Below the pieces are notes generated by a model, which was given only the letters and a program-made list of their open reading frames with translations, had not been told where the DNA came from and searched no databases. The position numbers were made by a program, and so were the translations under genes. A stretch of 64,000 bases of DNA. It comes from Eledone cirrhosa. Its lineage: Eukaryota. Of this stretch, positions 1 through 10,488 are shown piece after piece (position 1 is the first letter of the stretch; each line of letters starts with the position of its first letter). Where the stretch lies: NCBI GenBank assembly GCA_964016885.1, contig OZ024742.1, positions 216,442,001 through 216,506,000 on the forward strand. The letters run 5' to 3'.

Positions 1-650
1 TATATATATATATATTTGTCTGGGGGTGTAGATGGGTGGGTGTGGATATCTGTGTATACATGTATATGTATCACACACACACTCACACAGAAAGACACAA
101 ACACACATGTGTATATGTATATATATATATATGTGTGTGTGTGTGCGTGCGAATTCCTCTTCTTTCCTATATTTCCTATCGTTTAAAGTGTATTTATATT
201 CGTTATTTTTTACCACAGAAAATAACGCTTCCTTTTCTCTCCACATTTGAACTATTCTTTTCATAAAATATTTTTTTATTATAATTCTCCTCTTTCCTTT
301 TTTCCTCTCTAAGTATTTGTTTTCTCTCACCGATTTCTTCATGTAGTTTACCATTTCATTCAATTTTTTGTCATCCTTATAGCTTTGATTTGTTCAATAC
401 CTCCCTACATCATATCGCATTTGCCATAAAACAACGTATCCAGAAAAAAGTTTTGCATGTTTTCTATTTTTTTTTTCTTTTCTTTACATATTTATTTCCT
501 TTCTGGTAAGTCCGCGCCTGAAAATGTAGCTCAGTAATTCTTTAAGGGATTTACATAAATACAAACATACACGCGAATGCGCACACACACTTGTACTCAC
601 ACACACTCACAGACACCCACTCACATACACACACACATACACACACGCAC

Positions 651-692
<42 letters not shown>

Positions 693-2351
693 ATCTGTGA
701 GCGTATATATATATGTTTGTATGTATGTATGCATATATAAACATCCAAATATATATATGTATATTTCTTTATGGGTGTGTGTATGAGCATGTGTAGATGC
801 AAGCATGCACATACATATTCTTTTCTCCATTAATTCTATTTCGCTATCCTGAGATCTTGTTCTTTTCTTTAAAAACTCAGAACACAATCAATACTAGATG
901 TAATGTTATCGATCTGACACAGAATGAAATCATACATTTACAAATTATTCAATATTACTTTTCTCCAGCATCTTGCTTTCTAAGCTCTCCACATACATGC
1001 ATACATTTATGCATAATGTATTCATACACAGCCACATATATACAAACACACACGAATGAATGTATATTTGTGTGCGTGTGTGTATGTGTTAGTTTGGGTG
1101 TCAGTGTAATTATACGTGTATATATATATATATATGCATTTACAAGCTTCATTCTATATATGGACACATATATACCTATATACATACATTTACATATATA
1201 CGAAGTATATGCATTTATATCTATATCTCTATATATTGAATATATGCATATATATAAATATATATTGATGCTTTTATGCATATGTGTGTGCGTTTCTACG
1301 TATATACGTATTTATGCATGATTGTATATTATTTATTTCTGTTTTCTTTTTTGGAGGGGGTACACCATTTTTTTTTCTTCTTTCTTGTGTTCTTTTATGT
1401 CATGTGACTCTTGGTATATTTCTTTATATTCTTTTCATCTTGTCTTTATTTTTAATTTATGTTCAGTGTTCCATCACAACGTATATTTAAAAGAATTTCT
1501 GCCCTAGAAAAATATTTGTTTTCATAAAACTTTATGTTTTATCTTCAAGGTTGCCTCTTAATGTTTTGTTGTTTATTTTTTTACATATATTGAAGTTGAT
1601 GTCTATGTTTCGTTACACTTAATATGGAATACATATTCTATTGATATTTGGAGGGGGCTTTGTTGCTGTTTCTTTAAATTCCATATGTTTTTACTATGTC
1701 TATTCTTTGATAATTTTTATCATATTGTTTAGTTCAAGCTTTATTTGCTTTCCACTTATAATTGGTTGTCAATAATTTCGCATGATTTTTCACACTTAGA
1801 GTTTACTTTACTTACTTTAAATCACATTTCGTGAATAAGAGCGTCGTTGTATACATGTTTCAAACAGTATTCTGATGAGTGCAGTATATTTACAATGAGT
1901 GGAATGGCATGACTATAACTGCTTGCAGCTTGGACTCAACTAATATTTCAATGGAAACCACCACTTTATTCATGTTCATGTCTTTGTTTAAAACATATGT
2001 GGATATACAACACCGAAAGCTATACGCTTTACGCATACATACATAATTATATGTATATACATAAATACATATATATATTTACACCAGCATAGTACATGCC
2101 AACATTGTCGATGTTTATTAGGTAAAAAAATATAACTTAATAATATTAATATATTGATTAAAACAATCAATGCAAAGGTGCTTGAGTAATCTATTTTTCT
2201 TGACCCTCTCGCATTGTCATTTCGGCCACCGTCATGTTTCATTTACAATAATTTTCTTCTATATTTTCTTTAATGATTATCGAGCTTATATGCGCTAAAT
2301 TGTCATGATTTTGTTCTACTTATCTATCTATATTCGAGAGTTTATTCGGAT

Positions 2352-2399
<48 letters not shown>

Positions 2400-2994
2400 A
2401 CAAGAACAATAATAACAAAAATAAGCCATAAATCCGAATAAACTCTCGGATAATAAACCACTGTAAGTTCTCGCAGCAGAAAGAACCTATTCTATAAATA
2501 TGGATTAAATAACACTGAGCCTCAATACGATACAATCATTTACTACATCAAACATTCAATACGAATTCATCGTAACATATGTGATGGATGTAAAAACTAT
2601 AACTTCCTTTTTCTGAATGTGAAAATGGTGATGGATGCGAAAACTATAACTTTCTTTTTCTTTTTCTGCACACATACTTTTTTGATCTATACAAAAAATA
2701 CCCTACCACTACAACCACCATAATACTCTTGCTTACCCGCTTAAAGTGCTTGCATTACATGTAACACCTTGCCACACAATACTCGTATATAAATGAGACA
2801 CACTTTCATGCTCTATGTATGACTAACGCATACACTATCTACTAGATCTGATTATCGAACTACCCTCTTGCATTATCTGTGTTATCTGCCGCATGTATTT
2901 TAATTTTGATTTTAAATTTGAATTGCTGTACAAGTATAGTATAGTATAATATGTGTCACTCCACTGTACATCAATATATATATATATATGTGTA

Positions 2995-3130
2995 TCTGTA
3001 GGTCTCTTGCGTTGGAAAGGAGGTCAATTATATGTACAAGCATTGAAAAATGCTCCGAAAACTCCAAGCTTAGGTTTGGATGAAACAATTGTAAGTGAAT
3101 AAATGCTTTGAACAAAGCTTTGATTCTTGC
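2995..3130 (+). mobile_element. Penelope-type pLTR fragment (family C) with degenerate hammerhead motif
   Basis: Reverse-complement homolog of 29342-29470. Contains tgct-CCGAAAA-ctccaagc/gtttgga-t-GAAA-CAATTG-TA-agtg at 3051-3097. Confidence 0.6.
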
Positions 3131-3157
3131 GAATTCTATATAACTGCTCTGTAGAAC

Positions 3158-3344
3158 GTGGATTGGCAGTATCGGTAGAGGGTCGGACGCCATGCTTTCC
3201 AGCATAGTTACGTCCCTTTACGATCTGAGTTCAAATCCCGCCGAGGTTGACTTTGCCTTTCATCCTTACGGGGTCGATAAAATAAAGTACCAGTAATGCA
3301 CTGGATAATTGCTGGCCTTGTGCCTAAAGTAGAAACAGTTATTA
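3158..3344 (+). mobile_element. tRNA-derived SINE (octopus-type family 1)
   Basis: A-box-like TGGCAGTATCGG, B-box GAGTTCAAATCC, and body gactttgcctttcatccttacggggtcgataaaataaagtaccag. Near-identical copies at 38045 and 39657. Confidence 0.85.
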
Positions 3345-3439
3345 CATTGAGCTATTTATCTTACTGGTAATAAGGTAGTAATAAATTACTGACCTTTACT
3401 GTTTATAGTTTAAAATATACATAACTATAAATAGTATCC

Positions 3440-3515
<76 letters not shown>

Positions 3516-3701
3516 TTTCTGAATCTGTTTAGCAAGATTCTTTATCTGAAATCGTTTGTTGAAACCGATATTGTTATACTTTGGGAGGGTCATGTTGCCA
3601 ATAAGAAACACACGCACCAGTGGCTTTCACTTCAATTTATTATATATTTATAAATTTCTGGTTGGGTGGTTGGTTCCACAGCCAGATAGTTGTTTATATA
3701 T

Positions 3702-3746
3702 AGTCATAGTTCTTTCGTCACACACTCTGTGACCTCTTCAGTGACT
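3702..3746 (-). ncRNA. Minimal type I hammerhead ribozyme motif
   Basis: Minus strand: AGTCA-CTGAAGA-G-GTCAC agagtgt GTGAC-GAAA-G aa C-TA-TGACT (helix I AGTCA/TGACT, CUGANGA core, helix II, GAAA, very short helix III, UA site). Confidence 0.75.
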
Positions 3747-3918
3747 GGGGATTCCTTTCTTTGTTTCTGTGCCTCTCCTTTGTTCTGTCCTACGCCATTT
3801 TGTTTCTGTGTGTGTGTTGTGTGCTCAGTCTGCGCATGCGCCACATCCGGGTGTCTGTGTGTGTTTATGTTCATTTATTTATTTGTTTATTTGCACAGAA
3901 ACAAAGAAAGGAATCCCC

Positions 3919-3963
3919 AGTCACTGAAGAGATCACAGAGTGTGTGACGAAAGAACTATGACT
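3919..3963 (+). ncRNA. Minimal type I hammerhead ribozyme motif
   Basis: AGTCA-CTGAAGA-G-a-TCAC agagtgt GTGA-C-GAAA-G aa C-TA-TGACT. Confidence 0.75.
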
Positions 3964-4089
3964 ATATATAAACAACTATCTGGTTGTGGAACCAACCAAC
4001 CAACCAGAAATTTATAAATATATAATAAATTGAAGTGAAAGCAACTGGTGCGTGTGTTTCTTATTGGCAACATGACCCTCCCAAAGTAT

Positions 4090-4138
<49 letters not shown>

Positions 4139-4333
4139 TACACATACATAAATAGATAGCTATAGATTGACATTCAAACAGACAGACACACACGGACTGG
4201 TAGTATGATAGGTAGGTAGGTAGGTACGTCGAAAGACATCTTCGTAGAAAGAAGGATAGGTAGATAGGAAGGTAGGTGGGTAGATAGGTAGAGAGATAGT
4301 TAGATAGACAGATACTTATATACATACACAGAG

Positions 4334-4335
<2 letters not shown>

Positions 4336-4394
<59 letters not shown>
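4336..4394. repeat. (GATA)n microsatellite at the 3' flank of Tx1 copy A
   Basis: Perfect GATA tandem array abutting the element 3' end. Confidence 0.95.
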
Positions 4395-4623
4395 TTCTAT
4401 TTATTTGCCACGAGGGCACAAAAGAAGGGGACAAATACACAGTGGGGGAGTTTACATAAATCGAGTAAAGAAAAAAGGAATAACAATATTAATATAATAA
4501 TAAAAAGTCCTCAAAAGGGAGGGGGCGTGTTGGGGATTGCACATACCCCCGAAAAGTGTGCAACCCTTTTCGCGGGGGAAGCCCAGAGAGGAGGCGCTCC
4601 CCCTTTCCTCTTCACTTCTTCAC

Positions 4624-7600
4624 CTACAGAACAATGTAGAGAGAAGGCCCATTTACACGAGCCATTCTCGCTTCTTTCACCCACCTTTCATAAAACTGTC
4701 TGGGGCCAAACACTTCTCTCTCCATCCTGATCCTTCTTCCGAAGTGGTATCGGAAGAAGTAAACCAGGTGTTGGCCGGAGAGAAAGTCACCCGACCTCAG
4801 ACCTTTCAGGCGCGTCCACCACACAACCTCTTTCATCATGGCTATTACGCACAGAAAGACCGCCTCTGCTTCATTTCTGCAGGGAGGAGGCGGCTTGATA
4901 TTCACCACAGACTCGGGGGCCAATCGAATCGGCGCCACACGCGACAGCAGTTGTTCGACGTAGCCCCACAGATCGGCAACGCCCGGGCAGTGTACCAGTG
5001 CGTGCGCAACCGTTTCCTCGTCGCGCACGCATCTGGGACAGATCTTTTTCGCGGGATCCCTGCCCGGGCGCCCGTGTCTGTAGAGCTTTTCTCGAACGGG
5101 CAGAGCCCCCCCGGTAGCACTGCCAGGCTAGGGACCTCTGGAAGTTGTCCATGGGTCCCAGGCCGAAAGTTCTACCGAAGAGGCTAGCCAGTTCGTCCTC
5201 CTCCATGCCTAGCGACTCTCCAAGGGTGTCGTCGCCCCTGCTAGCCACCAGCCCTCTATAGAATGTCGAGGTGGATTATCCACTGATAGTCGGGTCCGCT
5301 TGCCAGAGAGCCGTGAGCGCCTGGGCACACTCGGTGTGCCAATTGCCCAGTTTTCTCGGTCTTTGCTTCACCGGTGAGCGAGACGAGCTGTGGGAAGGCT
5401 CGCCTCACAAACGGGGCCCACACCGGCTGACCGGTGAGGAATACCTGTAGATGCCGTAGTCTCAATGCGTGCCTACGCATCAACAGCCATGGCATACCAA
5501 GCCCTCCTTTCGAAGGGTGCTGGCAGCAGATGGATCTCCTCACCATGGGAGGCCGCTTCTTCCAGAAGAACTGGAAGTGCATGCGCTCCATGATGGTGAG
5601 CGTTTCCTTAGGGCAAGGCCCGACGGTCAGGCGGTAGTAGATGACGGACGCTATATAAGCGTTCGCCACCTCCGCCTGACCTTTCAGTGATAGTTTGCAC
5701 TTGGCCCACTTCTGAGTCAGCGCAAACACCCTGCTCGTCACCTCGCCCCAATTCTTCTCCACCTGGAGGTCCGGTCCGAACCAGACCCCGAGCAGCTTCA
5801 CCGGGCCCTCCGTCCACCGTCCGATGACACCGTCTAACGGCATCGGTTTGCCCCTCCACGTTCCGAGTTGCAAACCGACTGACTTGTCCCGGTTCAGCCT
5901 AGCCCCCGTCAGCCTTTCGTATTCCTCCAGTAGGGTGGCGCGATCACCCCGATTTCCGAGGCGTCCGCCACCATTACTGTTACGTCGTCGGCATAGGCGG
6001 AGACCGCTTTGTGCAATCACGGTTCCATAGGTATGCCCCGCAGCAACTCCAACTTCCGCAGCAGTGGCTCGAGAGCCAATACGTACAGAAGGGAGGAGAG
6101 GGGGAACCCCTGCCTGATGGACCGGGTGATTTGAAACGGGTCCGAGAGGTAGCCGTTTACTTTAACCCTAGAGCAGACGTTGCCACTGTGCATGGCAGAA
6201 ATCCAGCCCCTGAAAACGGGTCCGAAGCCCGCCGCCACTAGCACCGCATCCAGGTAACCATGGTCGACCCTATCGAACGCCTTAGATTAATTCAAGTTGA
6301 TCAGGGCCCCACCAAAGCCGGGTTCGTTCCCAACCCTCTCTACGATGTATCGCATGAGGTGGAGGCTGTCGTGAATGGACCCGGACGGGATAGCGCATGT
6401 CTGCGCGTCTCCCACCAAGCCACCCACCACAAGCGCCAACCTCTTCGCTAACACCTTGGCCAAAATCTGTAACTCTGCATTCAGCAGAGTTATGGGCCTA
6501 AAGTTACTTAAGTCGTCCTCCTTGCTCTCGTCCTTCCTCACTAGCGTGACTACGCCCTTGGTCACAGAACAGGGAATTCTCCCGTTCTGTTGCCAGTTGC
6601 AATACACAGCCTCGAGGAGTTCGGAGAACAAGACCGGCATAGCTAAATAAAGTTCGACTGGTAGACCATCGAGACCCGGAGATTTGCGTCTGCTGCATTG
6701 GCTGAGCGCTTCCCCGATTTCAGTGGCTGTGATTGGCCTCGAAAGACGCGGTAGACCGTCGAGGTATGGACCGAAGTCCACATCCCCGTCCGGCCCCCCG
6801 CCCCCTCGAACAGTCGAGCAAAGTGCCTTTGAAAGGCCTCGCACATCCGCTCAGGTTCAAGGATCACCCGTCCATCCTGGTCTCGCAAAGACCGAATGGT
6901 GGATTTAATCCCACTCTTGGCTTCTGTCACGTGGGCCCAGCTAACAGTTTTGGTCCCTTTGTTTCCTAAAGCACGTATTTTACTTCGGACAACGCAGCCT
7001 TCGTGCTTCGCGTCAAAGAACAGGCTCAACGCCGTTCTCGACGCTAACACTCTGGCCACGTCTCCGCTCCTAATCGCCTCTTCTAGTTTATCTGTCAACT
7101 CCCTTTCCCTCCTATTTCTATTCGCCGCTAGTTCCTTACTGTAACCTATCGAACTTACTCTAATCTCTCTCTTTAGAGATACCCACCACCTGCTGTTGAC
7201 GATCGCTCCCGTCAACCTTATCTTAACTAAGCTACTAATCCGGTTCCTGTAAGCTTCCTTTGCTGGCAAGGACAAGTTCATCTTCCAGTAACCGGGACCC
7301 TGTCTATGCGTTCTATCAAGGTTGACCACGCAGGTCACTAATTTGTGATCTGAATAGCCAAACATGAGCAATTCTGGACAACTAAATACGTCCCTATCCT
7401 TACTCCTAACCAAAAACCTATCTAGGTACGATCTAGATTGACCACTGCGGTTTGCCCAGGTCCAGGTTGGCACAGTTGGAAAATCTAGTCGAAATCTATC
7501 GACCAGGTCGAATCGAGTAACCCCTTGAGGCTGCTACACCCCCCTCTATCGGGACATGCCCCTGCATAGTCCCAACGCGCATCTAGGATTCCATTCCAGT

Positions 7601-8021
7601 CCCCCACTAAAAGCAGGGAACGCGACGTTCCTAGAAAAGTCTCCAGACCCTTGAAGAAGTCGGCTCTTTCAGCGCCGAAGGGGGCATAAAGACCGACCAG
7701 TCTGAAAGCCCCGCCTTCACCGCCTCCGACGTCCAGCACCAGTAATCGACCCCCCGGGTCCGAGTGAACAATCTGTACGTCGAGAGCCAGACGTTTATCC
7801 AGCTGTACGGCAACCCCACCCCCGCCTCCGGGTTGACAGAGAGATGCGTGCATCTCAAAGTCATCGAAGGCGGGAGCCAGCTGTCGCACGCTGCTGATCC
7901 GACTCTCGCAAAAAACCATCACATCTATACTTCGTGACCTGAGGTCACTTAGAAGCTTTGCTTGCTTCCAAGCTGAGCCCAGGCCACGCGCATTCAAACA
8001 ATCAACTCTCAATTGATCTAT
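4624..8021 (-). pseudogene. Tx1 copy A ORF2 (AP endonuclease, reverse transcriptase, C-terminal Cys/His finger), frameshifted
   Basis: Motifs CLNARG, GDWN, SYLDRF, SDH, GPGYWKMN, KSPGLDG, FRPITLLN, RQGFPLSSLLY, YADD, LLGVWF, CPRC..ETVAHALVHC, spread over several frames. Confidence 0.92.
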
Positions 8022-10025
8022 TTTGGTGTTGAAAGTGAAGAAAGAAAAGCACCTACCTCTCCGGGTTGTGTAATTTCCATGGGGTCGGGTGTGTTGGGTG
8101 GAGGGATGTTTTGTGGTGGTGTGGAGGTATCCGAGTGTGGTGGAGTTGGCGTGTTTGGAGTTGTGTCAGGGAGAGGGGAGGTTATGGGGAAATATTTCAA
8201 GAGGACGCGATTTAACGGTTTTAAACAGAGGGGGGGGGGCTCACATCCTGTTTAAATTGTTCTTTTAAGGAACGATAAAGGTACAGAGGGACCTTTATCA
8301 TTTTTAAATGGGTGAAGTTCTCTGTTGAGATAAAGTTTGGCCCTTCGGTCTGCACCAAAGGGCTATTGTTTATTAATTTAAACAGTTTTTTTGTTTTCTT
8401 TATTTATATATGTGTATTGTAAAGTCTTTTTTTGTGATGCTGTCAATGTTTCGAAGAGGGGAGGCGCAGATTTATTTTTGTTTGTCGAGGGTGGGGTGTT
8501 TTTTATTGGAGTTGGTGTTTGTGTGTGGGTTATTTGTTGTTGTGGTGTGCTGGGTGTGTGCTTTCGTTTTTTTCTTTTAACTTGTCTGAAGGCTTCTCCT
8601 CCTTCTTCTTCAGAAGTTGGGGAAAACTCTTCCGCGCTAGGTGGGAGGGAATGTGGTGTCTGGTTGTTGTTTTTTTGCGGGAGGGGTAGATTTGTTGCTG
8701 TTTTTTTTTATTATTTGTTTGGAATGTGTTTTGTGGTGGTGTTGATGTTTGTGTCGTGCTTGTGGTTGGTGATGGTGGTGGTGATGTTTGTGTTGTGGTT
8801 GGTGATGGTGGTGGTGATTTTTGTGTCGTGCTTGTGTTTGGTGCTGGTGGTGGTGATGTTTGTGTTGTGCTTGTGGTGTCTGTATTTTGTTTGTTGTGTG
8901 TGGTATTAGTGTATTTTTGGAGGTGGATGGTGTTGGTGTACTGTTTGTGGTGGGTGTGGGCAATAGTCCTTTTAGGGGGATACGATTCGGGCAGTTAGCC
9001 TTAACGTGTCACCTTTCCGTGCATGAATAGCATGCTGGTCTTCTCCCCTCTACAATTATATATATTGGGGTGAGGTCATCCAGCCAGATGCGATCCGGGA
9101 TTTGCGCTATTCTTTCGGGCCTCATTTGGACTAGTAGGTCGAGGCCCATTCCCAGGAACGCATCTCCAGATGCCGTCCCCATTGACAGCACTGTGTCCTC
9201 GCCCATGTCTATGAAGCCAGCAATAGCCCACCAGAAGTCCATTGTGGGCAGCATTGTCTGTATTTTGACTCTCTGAGTTCTTCTACCCATGTAGGAGGGA
9301 TAGAAGCTGTATGTTGTTGATGTGAGTGGGCTTAGGGAAAGCCTCTGTGCTGTTTCCTTGTCTTTTGTTAAGACAGAAATGCTGCCATAGGGTCGGTCCT
9401 TTCGTATGAAGAGAATATTCTTCATATGGTCTTTTAGGATCAACTCTATCTCCATTTGGCTGGGCTGTGCTGGCTTTCTTGTGTTGTTTAGGACTGTTCT
9501 AAACAGAACAGTGTTTTCTAGTTTCGTTTTCTTGAATTCTGGGGGGGAATTAATGGAAAACATTCCGTTCTCCACCAAGACTATGTGTTTTTTGGCTTTT
9601 GCCAGTTTCCTTCTGGTGGCAGTTAAGTCTATAGGTGTATATATGATAGATTTGTTTGTTGTCTGTGCGAAAGTTGTTTTTGTTGTGTTTGTGTTATTTA
9701 TGTTGGTGTATTCGTTCACATTTTTTTTTTCAAAATCTTCACTTATATTTTCATTATCCGAGATAGTTGTAGTCACAGCTACTACTTCTCTTTCACCTTT
9801 GCTGGTGGGCGTGGAGCCGTGAAATGTCGAAACGTCATCCATTAATTTTGGCAATTTCTCCGAGTTAATTTTTTTCACATTTTTTTCATTAGGGTTAGGT
9901 TCCATTTTTTCAATGTTTCTAATAATCATTATTCTTTCAGTATGGTGGCTTGTTGCCTCAGCTACCCGATCTCCTTCAGTTTGTTTAGTGGGCGTGTCAT
10001 CGTTACCTGTGGTAATGGCTTCCAT
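8018..10025 (-). pseudogene. Tx1 copy A ORF1 (gag-like, CCHC knuckle, Thr/Pro/His-rich low-complexity tail)
   Basis: Starts MEAITT at 10025. Knuckle EGRRPACYSCTER*HVKANC is interrupted by a stop. Homologous to copy B ORF1. Confidence 0.8.
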
Positions 10026-10488
10026 TACCACTAGCGTAGAGACAATTGCAAGATTTTTAGGATGAAAAATTTCACCCCAAAAGGGGTGAAATAAATTAAT
10101 CCTAATGTCCGAAGACCCAGCAAGGGGGTTAATTAACACAATAACGCAAGAATACAGACAAACACTTACTGTTAACACGTAATATCTCCAATATTCGCGG
10201 AGCCGATGTGAAGCACGTCTATGCCATCCGGAGATAGATAGATAGATAACTTTCTATTTATTTGCCACCAGGGCATCACAGATTGGGACAAACACAGGGG
10301 GGGGGGTTACATACATTTCGAAGGACGTGTAAAAACATATAACAAGTAAAAATCAACAATCGAAGTCCTCAATAGGGAAAGGGCGTTGACGTGGATCGCA
10401 CACACCCCCGAAGAAATGTGCAACCCTCCTCCTCGGGAGCACAAAGAGCGGATGCTCTCTTCCTCTCCTCTTTCTTCTCCTCTCTCAC

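Larger units (their letters stand above)
3513..4098. mobile_element. Palindromic Penelope-type pLTR element (family A) with ~205-bp inverted arms, between (TA)n tracts
   Basis: 3568-3772 is the near-perfect reverse complement of 3893-4098, and each arm has a hammerhead motif. The same sequence abuts a GIY-YIG ORF at 35160-35746. Confidence 0.8.
4395..10230 (-). mobile_element. Full-length Tx1/L1-clade non-LTR retrotransposon, copy A (degenerate)
   Basis: 5' UTR, ORF1 with zinc knuckle, ORF2 APE-RT-zinc finger, and 3' UTR ending AATAAATAGAAA then (TCTA)n. Confidence 0.92.

Noticed and set aside
32-1507. Many 60-200 aa ORFs rich in YI/HT/CV, here and throughout the window
   Set aside because: They are translations of (TA)n, (CA)n and (TG)n microsatellites, not genes.
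1872-1960. CTGATGAG possible hammerhead core
   Set aside because: No properly placed helix II-GAAA-helix III or helix I partner found.
2581-2668. Short direct duplication gtgatggatg..aaaactataactt
   Set aside because: Two imperfect units only; ordinary local duplication, not a CRISPR-like array.
4537-5187. 216-aa plus-strand ORF and other plus-strand ORFs over the Tx1 elements
   Set aside because: Antisense shadows of GC-rich ORF2, not preserved in copy B.
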